Below are positions 46,250 to 54,568 of a DNA stretch of 64,000 nucleotides, piece after piece. Source of the DNA: Bacteroidota bacterium (GTDB lineage Bacteria; Bacteroidota; Bacteroidia; Chitinophagales; Saprospiraceae); contig JBDLWO010000065.1 in the NCBI GenBank assembly GCA_039804245.1, positions 764 to 64,763 of the forward strand. Direction: 5' to 3'. Below the pieces are notes generated by a model. The model was not told the DNA's origin, did not search any database, and saw only the letters and a program-made list of their open reading frames with translations. Within the stretch, counting starts at the first letter, position 1. Each line of letters begins with the position of its first letter. A program made the position numbers and the translations under genes.

Positions 46250-47185
46250 ATGGATGTATCAATTGTCGTTCCGCTGAAAAATGAAGAGGAAAGCCTGCCT
46301 GAACTGGAGGCATGGGTACGCCGCGTGTGTGAATCAAACAGGCTGGGCTACGAGCTCATTCTGGTTGATGACGGAAGTACCGACAAATCATGGAGTATCA
46401 TTCAGCAGTTGAACCAGCAAAATCCCGCCGTAAGAGGTATCAAGTTCAGACGAAATTACGGCAAATCAGCCGCACTCCACACAGGATTCCAGATGGCTGC
46501 CGGAGAGGTGGTGATCACCATGGATGCTGACCTGCAGGACAGCCCCGATGAAATACCCGAACTTTGCCGGATGATCCGGGAAGACAGGTACGACCTCGTC
46601 AGCGGATGGAAGAAAGTACGCCACGATCCGGTGAGTAAAACATTACCCACCAAACTCTTTAACGCCGTCACACGCCGGATGAGCGGCATTCATCTGCATG
46701 ACTTCAACTGTGGACTCAAGGCTTACAGGAATGATGTGGTGAAAACAATAGAAGTGTATGGAGAAATGCACCGCTATATACCTGTCATAGCCAAATGGGC
46801 CGGTTTCAGCAGAATAGGCGAAAAGGTGGTAGAGCACAGAGCCCGACAGTATGGCTCCACCAAGTTCGGCGGGCTTGAGCGGTTCATCAATGGTCCGCTC
46901 GATCTGATCAGCATTTCGTTTGTGGGCAAATTCGGAAAACGCCCCATGCACTTCTTCGGAACGCTGGGATTTTTCTCGTTTCTGATTGGAACCGCCATAC
47001 TTGTATGGCTCACTGTCGCCAAAATAGTATATCAGGAATATGGCATCGCCGAACGGCCGCTTTTCTTTTTCGGTATTCTGGCACTGATCGTCGGCACGCA
47101 ACTTTTCCTGACAGGCTTCCTCGCGGAAATGATCAACAGAAATTCCAGTATCAGAAACAGCTATCTCGTAGAAAAGGAAATATGA
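46250..47185 (+). CDS. Glycosyltransferase family 2, polyprenyl-phosphate sugar transferase type (GtrB/ArnC/DPM1-like) with two C-terminal TM helices
   Basis: The preferred ATG at 46250 gives MDVSIVVPLKNEEESL. Motifs: LVDDGSTDKS, ITMDADLQDSPDEIP and NCGLKAY, then hydrophobic helices (FFGTLGFFSFLIGTAILVWL, FFFGILALIVGTQLFLTGFLAEM). Confidence 0.85.
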   Translation: MDVSIVVPLKNEEESLPELEAWVRRVCESNRLGYELILVDDGSTDKSWSIIQQLNQQNPAVRGIKFRRNYGKSAALHTGFQMAAGEVVITMDADLQDSPDEIPELCRMIREDRYDLVSGWKKVRHDPVSKTLPTKLFNAVTRRMSGIHLHDFNCGLKAYRNDVVKTIEVYGEMHRYIPVIAKWAGFSRIGEKVVEHRARQYGSTKFGGLERFINGPLDLISISFVGKFGKRPMHFFGTLGFFSFLIGTAILVWLTVAKIVYQEYGIAERPLFFFGILALIVGTQLFLTGFLAEMINRNSSIRNSYLVEKEI

Positions 47186-47724
47186 ATCACCTCGAACTGC
47201 CATCATTTACACAGGACGGATTGTTGCAGGCTGTCATTGAAATACCAGCCGGTACTAATACCAAGTATGAGTATAACCGCGACAAAATGTGCTTCCAGCC
47301 CGATATACGCGATGGGAAAGCACGAAAGGTGAATTTTATGTCCTACCCTGTCAATTACGGTTTTATTCCCTCAACCAGAATGGACAAAAGCCGGGGTGGT
47401 GATGGCGATCCGCTGGATGTGCTGGTGCTGGCCGAACATATTCCGACAGGTTCAACAGTTCAGGTTGTGCCCATAGGACTCCTGAAGCTCAGCGACCTCG
47501 GCGAACTGGACCATAAAGTACTGGCCATTCCGGCTGATGTGGAGAAACGGATCATCACCGCCACAGACTGGGAAACATTTCAGCGCGATTACAGCATCAT
47601 CAGACATATACTCGAATTGTTCTTTATGTACTATGACGGACTGGGAACCCTTACAGTCATGGGTTGGGGTGATGAAAAAGAAGCCCTGAGTGAAATAAAA
47701 AAGTGGAATGTTGTACCATCCTGA
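47182..47724 (+). CDS. ppa: Inorganic diphosphatase (family I)
   Basis: The preferred ATG at 47182 (MNHLELPSFTQDGLLQAVIEIPAGTNTKYEY) overlaps the GT2 stop (ATGA). Motifs: NYGFIPST and GDGDPLDVLVL. The track ORF start at 47005 lies inside the GT2 gene and is rejected. Confidence 0.85.
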   Translation: MNHLELPSFTQDGLLQAVIEIPAGTNTKYEYNRDKMCFQPDIRDGKARKVNFMSYPVNYGFIPSTRMDKSRGGDGDPLDVLVLAEHIPTGSTVQVVPIGLLKLSDLGELDHKVLAIPADVEKRIITATDWETFQRDYSIIRHILELFFMYYDGLGTLTVMGWGDEKEALSEIKKWNVVPS

Positions 47725-47773
47725 AAACCTATTGTTTGTTACAGCGTTTCATTTGAAGGTATAATCCGAAATA

Positions 47774-49024
47774 ATGAACGCAACCATCGCCCTCACCAAA
47801 CCTGGTATTTTTACCTTGAACCCGTTAACCACCGTCGAATATCGTTTCTTCCGTTCCATGCAGGAAGCAGGATCTGACTGGGATAACGCAGCTCCTCCTG
47901 ACGATATCTTTTTACAGAGGCATTTCCTCTCTGTGGTAGAAAAATATCCGCCTGCGGGCACCAGTTTTGGCTACCTGGTTTTCTACAAACAAAGCAGGCC
48001 AGCCGGTGTGGCACTCTGTCAGTTCAAATACTTCAAGGGAGATGACAATATTCAGGAACTGGACAGCACCGACGGGAAAGAAGCTTGCTTTTTTGACGGC
48101 CTGGCACTCTGGTTCAAGCGAAGAGTAGCCGGAATGGCTTCGGCAGATATCCTGATTTGTGGTAATATACTGCTGACAGGAGAACATGGATGGTATTTCA
48201 ACAATAAACTCGTCGGTGAACAGGAAGCGGTTCAGTCACTTGAAAAAGCCCTCAACGATGTAGTGAAAATCATGTCGGAAGAAGGAATAAAGATACCAGT
48301 CATTCTGATCAAGGATGTAGCTCCCGAACGGCAAATTTCCCGGGAGAAATTTGTTTCGTCAGGCTTCGCTGAGTTCGATATTCAGCCCAACATGGTACTC
48401 GAACTCCCCTTCAGATCATTCGATGAATATCTGGGCGCCATGTCAACCAAATACCGGACCCGCACCAAAAGAGCGTTCAAAAAGTTTGACGGGATTGAAC
48501 GCCGCGAACTCTCACTGGAAGAAATCAGGCATGAATTACCGGTTATTTACCGGCTTTACAAAGAAGTGGCAAGTAACGCAGGCTTTAATATGGTTGATCT
48601 TACCGATGACTATTTTACAGGGATGAAAGCCGGATTTGGCGATTACTTTCGTCTTTACGGGTACTTCAAGGACGGAAAAATGGTAGCCTTTTACTCCACT
48701 ATACAGAATCACGGGGAACTGGAAGCGCATTTCATAGGCTATGAAAAATCCATGAACCATGAGTATCAGCTGTACATGAATATTCTTTACGATATCATCA
48801 GAATAGGTATAGAATCGGATAGCGACAGAATTATTTTCGCCAGAACGGCACTCGAAATTAAAAGTTCTGTCGGAGCGGTACCGCACCAGCTCTGGAATTA
48901 TCTCCGACATCAGAACCAGCTTGCCAATCGGTTCACAGGAACTATTCTCGACTATCTGAAGCCTGTTGAAACATGGTTGCCCCGACATCCATTCAGGGAA
49001 AACCACACAGAAATCAGCGAATAA
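47774..49024 (+). CDS. GNAT/FemAB-like acyltransferase-fold protein (COG3146-like), function unknown
   Basis: 416 aa, cytoplasmic. The N-terminal pattern W...A...DIFLQRHFL..VE and the C-terminal FARTALEIKSSVGAVP resemble the peptidoglycan-bridge/GNAT-like family. This assignment is from memory of the family pattern only. Confidence 0.5.
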   Translation: MNATIALTKPGIFTLNPLTTVEYRFFRSMQEAGSDWDNAAPPDDIFLQRHFLSVVEKYPPAGTSFGYLVFYKQSRPAGVALCQFKYFKGDDNIQELDSTDGKEACFFDGLALWFKRRVAGMASADILICGNILLTGEHGWYFNNKLVGEQEAVQSLEKALNDVVKIMSEEGIKIPVILIKDVAPERQISREKFVSSGFAEFDIQPNMVLELPFRSFDEYLGAMSTKYRTRTKRAFKKFDGIERRELSLEEIRHELPVIYRLYKEVASNAGFNMVDLTDDYFTGMKAGFGDYFRLYGYFKDGKMVAFYSTIQNHGELEAHFIGYEKSMNHEYQLYMNILYDIIRIGIESDSDRIIFARTALEIKSSVGAVPHQLWNYLRHQNQLANRFTGTILDYLKPVETWLPRHPFRENHTEISE

Positions 49025-49751
49025 CCGCAAACCGCTCAACCTGCACCCCCCGCTGACTCCTCACCCAGAACAAATAAAAGCCCGATGCGGCTTTGTCCAT
49101 ACGAACATTGTACTGGTTGTCAGAAACCATCGCGTCCTGAACCATATTACCGTTTACATCGGTTATCCACCACCTGACTGATCCTGCCGTGGACGTGACC
49201 CGGAAGTCGCCACTATTCGGATTTGGGGAGAGGGACAACAGAGATTGCCCGGGGATATGGTTAGAGGAAGATGACTCCTCTATCCAGACTGTGGCTACAT
49301 TGGTACAAACCGTTGTTTCATCAAAGGATATACAAACCCTGTTGTGGATGACCTGCGAAGAGTTCAGGAAATTGTGCAGCCTGACAGCATACATGATATA
49401 ACCTGTGGAATTATCAGAGAAATCAGGATCTGCGTTGGGCAGGCGGATACCATCAAAATACCATCTTACAAATCCCTGGTCTCTCAGAAACTGATAGCCA
49501 TGACTGGCATCTATCATCCGGAGCGTTGACGCGTCGAACCTGGGGTCGAGCGTATCGCGAATCACCAGATTCTGGACAGTATCGTTTCCGTTATTCTCGA
49601 AACGAATCAGGAACATCACCTCGGCACCAGTGGCCACCTCTGATGTTGAAAAGTAAGCACTTCCGATCACCTGCAGGTCATTCTGTGCTGCGAGTGGAAT
49701 TATAGTGCCCCATAGAAGCAGGAAAACCAGCCGGATTTTCAGTTTTTTCAT
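49014..49751 (-). CDS. Small T9SS type A cargo protein (beta-sandwich domain + Por secretion tail)
   Basis: The preferred ATG at 49751 gives MKKLKIRLVFLLLWGTIIPLAAQ. The upstream part of the track ORF runs into the repeat element. The middle region VIRDTLDPRFDASTLRMIDASHGY...WYFDGIRLPNADPDFSDNSTGYIMY is typical of a domain common in Bacteroidota surface proteins. C-terminal CTD: LSLSPNPNSGDFRV...GFYLFWVRSQRGVQVERFAVIR. Confidence 0.75.
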   Translation of the reverse strand: MKKLKIRLVFLLLWGTIIPLAAQNDLQVIGSAYFSTSEVATGAEVMFLIRFENNGNDTVQNLVIRDTLDPRFDASTLRMIDASHGYQFLRDQGFVRWYFDGIRLPNADPDFSDNSTGYIMYAVRLHNFLNSSQVIHNRVCISFDETTVCTNVATVWIEESSSSNHIPGQSLLSLSPNPNSGDFRVTSTAGSVRWWITDVNGNMVQDAMVSDNQYNVRMDKAASGFYLFWVRSQRGVQVERFAVIR

Positions 49752-49801
49752 GCCCAACAGTTTTTCAGGGCTGTTCTGAAATTCATGATCGGATTCAAGA
49801 A

Positions 49802-49945
49802 CCTGTTCAGGATTTTCTGCCAATGGCAAAAATAAGCGCATTTTTTTCAGTTTTTGCCTTTTTGAAGACGCGCCGCCGGAGCTGCGTAACTGAAAAAAGG
49901 TAAAAAATGAGCCATTTTTGACTCGGCAACAAAATCCTGAACAAG
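49802..49945 (+). repeat. Full-length copy of the palindromic MITE/REP-like intergenic element
   Basis: The left end cctgttcaggattttctgcc and the right end ggcaacaaaatcctgaacaag are imperfect inverted repeats. The inner pair ttttttcagtt / aactgaaaaaa is also inverted. The copy aligns with the reverse complement of 28852-29006 and, at its ends, with 8442-8505. It lies in the divergent region between genes starting at 49751 (-) and 50063 (+). Confidence 0.8.
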
Positions 49946-50062
49946 ATCTGAAGGTTCGAAGGTAATGTAATTTTACAATTTGACAATGTTTCGGTAATAA
50001 ATCATTATTATTCCTGGTAAATACCTTCCTCTATCCTCAACCGCATTAAATTTGCGGCACGC

Positions 50063-51475
50063 ATGAAAAATTACCTCGATCACGCCATTACGCTCACCAT
50101 ACTGGCGCTGTTCATGTTGATCAGCCTCTCCTACCTGCCTGTCAATCTGTCGCCCGGCGGATTCACGCTGCGCAGCATGGACATCTTTTCCGATGTGCGT
50201 GCAGACGCAGCCCTGGCCTTCGAACAAAACGCGCCAACAGGCGGACCGAGCTACGATACAACCTATTACAGTGCATCTGATACCATAGGATGGGCCAGCA
50301 TGGACTCCTCGGCAAGAGCACTGGCCTATACTGTTGATACGACAGATTATGGCCATATTATTGAAGATTATACCTACGGGCAGCGTGGTCTGGCCCGTTT
50401 TTTCGGAAGTCTGGACTCGATAAAACAGGGGAAGACCGTGCGGATTGCATGGTACGGCGACTCATTTGTGGAAGGAGATATACTGATCGGCGATCTTAGA
50501 GATACACTTCAGGCACTTTGGGGTGGTCATGGCGTTGGCTTCGTACCCGTCACTTCCGAGGTGGCGCAGTTCAGGAGAACAATAAAACATCAGTTCGGTG
50601 GCTGGAATACGTTTTCAATAGTCAAAAAAAACGGACCGCGACCGCATGTTGGCGTCAATGGCTATGCCTGTCAGCCTTCAGGTGTTGCCCGTCTCTCTTA
50701 TGAAGGCACCTCCAGTTTTGCCAGAACCCGCCACTGGACCGATCTGTGCCTGTTTTACTCTTCAGCCGATACAGCAGCATTTACCTGGAAAAAAAACGGC
50801 GAACCCGCCCGGGAGGCGTTACTGGAAGGTGGCAATACAGCCATCAGGCAGTGGAGATGTCCCGGTAATGGCGAAATTGCAACAAACTTTTCTGCCAGCT
50901 TCCCCCAGACAGACAGCCTGCTGGTTTATGGAGCAGCCCTGGAAAGCGGAGCAGGATTCTACATTGACAATTTCTCTGTCAGAGGAAACAGTGGAGGCGC
51001 ACTCTGCTCGCTCAAACCCGAGGTAATCAGGTCGTTTACCCGATTCAGGCCCTACGATCTGGTAGTGCTGCAGGTGGGGCTGAACGCCGTCACCAACAGC
51101 CTCAGTAACGTCATCTGGTACGAATCCGAACTTGATAAAACTGTCAGACACCTTAAAAACTGCTTTCCCGGAGTACAAATTATGATCATCAGTGTGGGCG
51201 ACAGGGGCGGCAAAAATGGTGAGGAACCTGGCACAATGAAAAGTGTTTATGCTATCTCGGAAATGCAGCGGAATCTCGCCCGAAGGCACGGTGTACTGTT
51301 CTTTGACCTGTTCCACGGAATGGGAGGAACAAACGCAATCATCCGGATGGCCGCTCAAAGACCCCGCCTGGCGAACACGGACTATACTCACCTCACGCAC
51401 GATGGTGGCAGGACAGTCGGACTCATGCTGGCTGATCTGTTTGTACGTGAAAAAAAACGCTATTCCCAGAAATAA
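50063..51475 (+). CDS. Membrane-anchored SGNH/GDSL-like hydrolase family protein
   Basis: 470 aa. N-terminal TM helix (ITLTILALFMLISLSYL). Block I-like IAWYGDSFVEGD, VVLQVGLNAV, and the C-terminal DYTHLTHDG (a DxxH catalytic-type motif). Confidence 0.65.
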   Translation: MKNYLDHAITLTILALFMLISLSYLPVNLSPGGFTLRSMDIFSDVRADAALAFEQNAPTGGPSYDTTYYSASDTIGWASMDSSARALAYTVDTTDYGHIIEDYTYGQRGLARFFGSLDSIKQGKTVRIAWYGDSFVEGDILIGDLRDTLQALWGGHGVGFVPVTSEVAQFRRTIKHQFGGWNTFSIVKKNGPRPHVGVNGYACQPSGVARLSYEGTSSFARTRHWTDLCLFYSSADTAAFTWKKNGEPAREALLEGGNTAIRQWRCPGNGEIATNFSASFPQTDSLLVYGAALESGAGFYIDNFSVRGNSGGALCSLKPEVIRSFTRFRPYDLVVLQVGLNAVTNSLSNVIWYESELDKTVRHLKNCFPGVQIMIISVGDRGGKNGEEPGTMKSVYAISEMQRNLARRHGVLFFDLFHGMGGTNAIIRMAAQRPRLANTDYTHLTHDGGRTVGLMLADLFVREKKRYSQK

Positions 51476-51481
51476 TGCCTT

Positions 51482-52759
51482 ATGAGAAACATACAGTTTT
51501 CCGGCCCGGTACAACTGCGTACCTTCTATGTAATGGCTTTTCTGACAATCTTTATAGGTCAGTGCCACTCTCAGTTCAGACCTCCGCGCGTTGAAATAAC
51601 AGATTCCGACACTGTAGCCTATAACTTCATTTCACAGGACAGCAACATAATCAGCCTGTCTGGTACCCTGAATCCGGTTTTTGAAAAACTGATGGCTCAA
51701 AGAACCGGCGGAGGCAAAAAAATCAGCATTGTTCATATTGGCGATTCACATATTCTGGGCAATTATCTGACTCACGAGGTTCGGAGCCGGCTGCAGCGCG
51801 AATTCGGGGATGCAGGGCGTGGCTTCGTTTTCCCCTACAAGCTGGCAGGTTCCAACGGCCCACGTGACTATCTCATGGAAACAAACTGTCGCTGGACCGG
51901 CTCCAATTGCCAGCGCAATCTGGCAGCCGAAACCGAATACGGAATTTCGGGTTTCAGACTGGAAACAAACAGCTCAAACGGAGAACTGACCTTCAGGTTG
52001 CGCGACACAGCCACTTCCGAGACAAAACTGTTCTCCAAAATCACTGTTTTTCAGACCAAAGATCCGGAAAACTTTGAACTGGACGTCAGAGACGCATCCA
52101 GTAACCAGTCGGCCCACCTTTACCTGGAAGACGACTATTCGAAGTCTTTCTTTTTCGACAAACCTGTGGCACAAGCTACCATATCTGCCAGAAAAAGCAA
52201 CGGCAAACAGATGAAACTCGTCATAGATGGTGTCTCCCTCGAAAATGAGCTCAGCGGTGTAATCTATCACGCCATCGGAGTAAACGGAGCCAAGTACATG
52301 GATTTCGCACGGGCCAGATATTTTGCACGCCAGGTAGCTGCACTGGAACCGGATCTGATCATTTTTTCGTTTGGCACCAATGAAGGTCAGGGTAATACCC
52401 CGGCTGAATACCTTCTGTTTACCATGAATACACTCATCAACAAGGTAAAAGAACACTCCCCGGCTGCCCGTATAATGCTTACTACACCCGCCGACTCATA
52501 TCTCCGGGGCAAAGGCTTCAATCCTTATCTGAATGATGTAAGCAGAAATATAAGGCAGTTTGCCCGGGAAAAAGGATATGCACTCTGGGATCTTTACCAG
52601 ATGTCAGGTGGTGAGCAATCAGCCGCCGCCTGGAAGTCGAACGGACTGATGTCGTCCGATTCAGTACATTATTCCAGGATGGGTTACGCCGTTCAGGGCA
52701 AACTGCTCTACCAGTCAATCGTCAAAGCCTACAACGCCTTCGCAGAATCCAGACAATGA
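51482..52759 (+). CDS. SGNH/GDSL hydrolase family protein (paralogue of the preceding gene)
   Basis: 425 aa. Block I ISIVHIGDSHILGN, IIFSFGTNEG, and the C-terminal DSVHYSRMG (DxxH). Signal/anchor FYVMAFLTIFIGQCHSQ. Confidence 0.7.
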   Translation: MRNIQFSGPVQLRTFYVMAFLTIFIGQCHSQFRPPRVEITDSDTVAYNFISQDSNIISLSGTLNPVFEKLMAQRTGGGKKISIVHIGDSHILGNYLTHEVRSRLQREFGDAGRGFVFPYKLAGSNGPRDYLMETNCRWTGSNCQRNLAAETEYGISGFRLETNSSNGELTFRLRDTATSETKLFSKITVFQTKDPENFELDVRDASSNQSAHLYLEDDYSKSFFFDKPVAQATISARKSNGKQMKLVIDGVSLENELSGVIYHAIGVNGAKYMDFARARYFARQVAALEPDLIIFSFGTNEGQGNTPAEYLLFTMNTLINKVKEHSPAARIMLTTPADSYLRGKGFNPYLNDVSRNIRQFAREKGYALWDLYQMSGGEQSAAAWKSNGLMSSDSVHYSRMGYAVQGKLLYQSIVKAYNAFAESRQ

Positions 52760-54177
52760 TTTTTACGCTCGAACCTAACGAACTGCGACTGCTTGAACAT
52801 GTCGGCCGCTGCGCCGAAGAGATCGGAGTTCCCGCGTATGCAGTAGGCGGTTATGTGCGCGACCGACTGCTTGGAAGACCCACCAAAGATATAGATATCG
52901 TTTGTGTGGGAGATGGCATCCAGCTTGCCCATCAGGTAGCTAACGGCATATCACCCCGCCCCAAGGTGGCTGTTTACAGCCGCTTCGGCACTGCAATGCT
53001 CCACTATGAAAATATTGAAGTTGAATTCGTTGGCGCAAGAAGGGAAAGCTACCAGTCTGACAGCCGCAAACCTGATGTCGAACTCGGCACACTCGAAGAC
53101 GATCAGAACAGACGCGATTTCACAATAAATGCCATGGCCATCAGTCTGCAGAAGGAGTCTTTCGGACAAATTCTGGATCCGTTTGATGGAATGAAGCACC
53201 TGGAAGAAAGGGTGATAAAAACACCCCTCGACCCCGGCAAGACGTTTTCAGATGACCCCCTGCGCATGATGCGCGCCATACGTTTCGCCACACAACTCGG
53301 ATTTTCCATCGATCCGGTTACTTTCAAAGGAATAAAAGACTACAAAAACCGCATCGGTATTATCTCCAAAGAACGTATTGCTACCGAACTGGAGAAAATC
53401 CTGAAAAGCCCCAAACCCTCTGTCGGATTTAATCTGCTCTTCGATGCCGGACTGTTACAGATTATTATGCCCGAAGTGGCAGCCCTCCAGGGCGTGGAAG
53501 ACAGGCAGGGTCGGGCACACAAGGATAACTTTTACCACACCCTGGAGGTACTGGATAATGTCTGCAAAAAAAGCAGCAATGTCTGGCTCCGGTGGGCAGC
53601 GCTTTTACATGATATCGGAAAACCACCCACGAGAAAATTCGACAAGGAAGCCGGCTGGACCTTCCACGGCCACGAATGGAAAGGAGCCGGCATGGTGCCT
53701 CCACTGTTCAGAAACCTCAGGCTTCCGCTCGATCAGAAGCTCGAATATGTCAAAAAACTGGTGATGATGCACCTGCGCCCCATTTCTCTTACCAAAGAAG
53801 ATGTGACGGACAGTGCAGTCAGACGACTTATTTTTGATGCAGGGGAAGATCTCGAAGATCTGATGATTCTCTGCGAATCGGATATCACGACCAAAAATCC
53901 GCGGAAAATGGCGCGATATCTGGAAGGCTACGAATACCTGAAAGAACGCATGTCGCTGGTGACCGAAGCAGACAGGCTCAGACTCTGGCAACCACCCATT
54001 ACGGGAGAAATAATTATGAAAACCTTCGGACTCAACCCTTCAAAGGAAGTAGGTATCATCAAAACAGCCGTGAGAGAGGCCATTCTCGACGGTGAAATTC
54101 CGAATGAAATGGCGGAAGCGTATAACAGAATGATCGAGGAGGGAAGAAAACTGGGGCTGAGCCCGGAAAACTCCTAA
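52756..54177 (+). CDS. CCA-adding enzyme / poly(A) polymerase-family tRNA nucleotidyltransferase with HD domain
   Basis: 473 aa. Head-domain motif AVGGYVRDRLLGRPTKDIDIVC, RRDFTINAMA, DPLRMMRAIRFA, and the HD region LLHDIGKP. The start overlaps the upstream stop (ATGA at 52756-52759). Confidence 0.85.
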   Translation: MIFTLEPNELRLLEHVGRCAEEIGVPAYAVGGYVRDRLLGRPTKDIDIVCVGDGIQLAHQVANGISPRPKVAVYSRFGTAMLHYENIEVEFVGARRESYQSDSRKPDVELGTLEDDQNRRDFTINAMAISLQKESFGQILDPFDGMKHLEERVIKTPLDPGKTFSDDPLRMMRAIRFATQLGFSIDPVTFKGIKDYKNRIGIISKERIATELEKILKSPKPSVGFNLLFDAGLLQIIMPEVAALQGVEDRQGRAHKDNFYHTLEVLDNVCKKSSNVWLRWAALLHDIGKPPTRKFDKEAGWTFHGHEWKGAGMVPPLFRNLRLPLDQKLEYVKKLVMMHLRPISLTKEDVTDSAVRRLIFDAGEDLEDLMILCESDITTKNPRKMARYLEGYEYLKERMSLVTEADRLRLWQPPITGEIIMKTFGLNPSKEVGIIKTAVREAILDGEIPNEMAEAYNRMIEEGRKLGLSPENS

Positions 54178-54536
54178 TCAGGCATTTCAGAGTTGGCATT
54201 ACCCTCCAGTATTACTTTGAAACGATTGGGAAGCACCCTGAACCGGTCGCCCAACCAGCGCTCCAGCGTGATGGCAGCGAGTGCATAACCTGCAGAAACA
54301 CCGGGTACAGGTATCAGAACGACCACCACAAAAGGAAGCAAACGGGGCATATCTTTCAGTTGCTTCAGAGCCTCGTCCAGTTCTTCCTGCGTAGGTTGAC
54401 GATCTGTTGGAATCAGACGCAACTTACCCGTACCTTGACGCCCGAATACCTCCAGCATCCTGCGGGTGTCAGCACCCTCCATAATCAGGGCCCAGAACAT
54501 TCTGCGGGGAAGCCGGATAAATTCTTTGAGTTTCAT
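54174..54536 (-). CDS. Hypothetical small membrane protein (120 aa)
   Basis: The preferred ATG at 54536 gives MKLKEFIRLPRR. One hydrophobic helix (LLPFVVVVLIPVPGVSAGYALAAITL). Its 3' end overlaps the stop of the CCA-enzyme gene by 4 nt (convergent). No motif recognised. Confidence 0.5.
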   Translation of the reverse strand: MKLKEFIRLPRRMFWALIMEGADTRRMLEVFGRQGTGKLRLIPTDRQPTQEELDEALKQLKDMPRLLPFVVVVLIPVPGVSAGYALAAITLERWLGDRFRVLPNRFKVILEGNANSEMPD

Positions 54537-54568
54537 AGGCACAAAAGTACGGATATTCAACTTTTGCC

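Noticed and set aside
49802-49945. The inverted-repeat-flanked element as an invertible promoter (phase-variation switch) for adjacent surface-protein genes.
   Set aside because: No site-specific recombinase gene lies nearby. The element shows only a one-mismatch -7 box. The short copy at 8442-8505 faces the 3' end of a gene. A separate good promoter exists between the 28852 copy and the SprF gene. The idea is kept only as a remote possibility.
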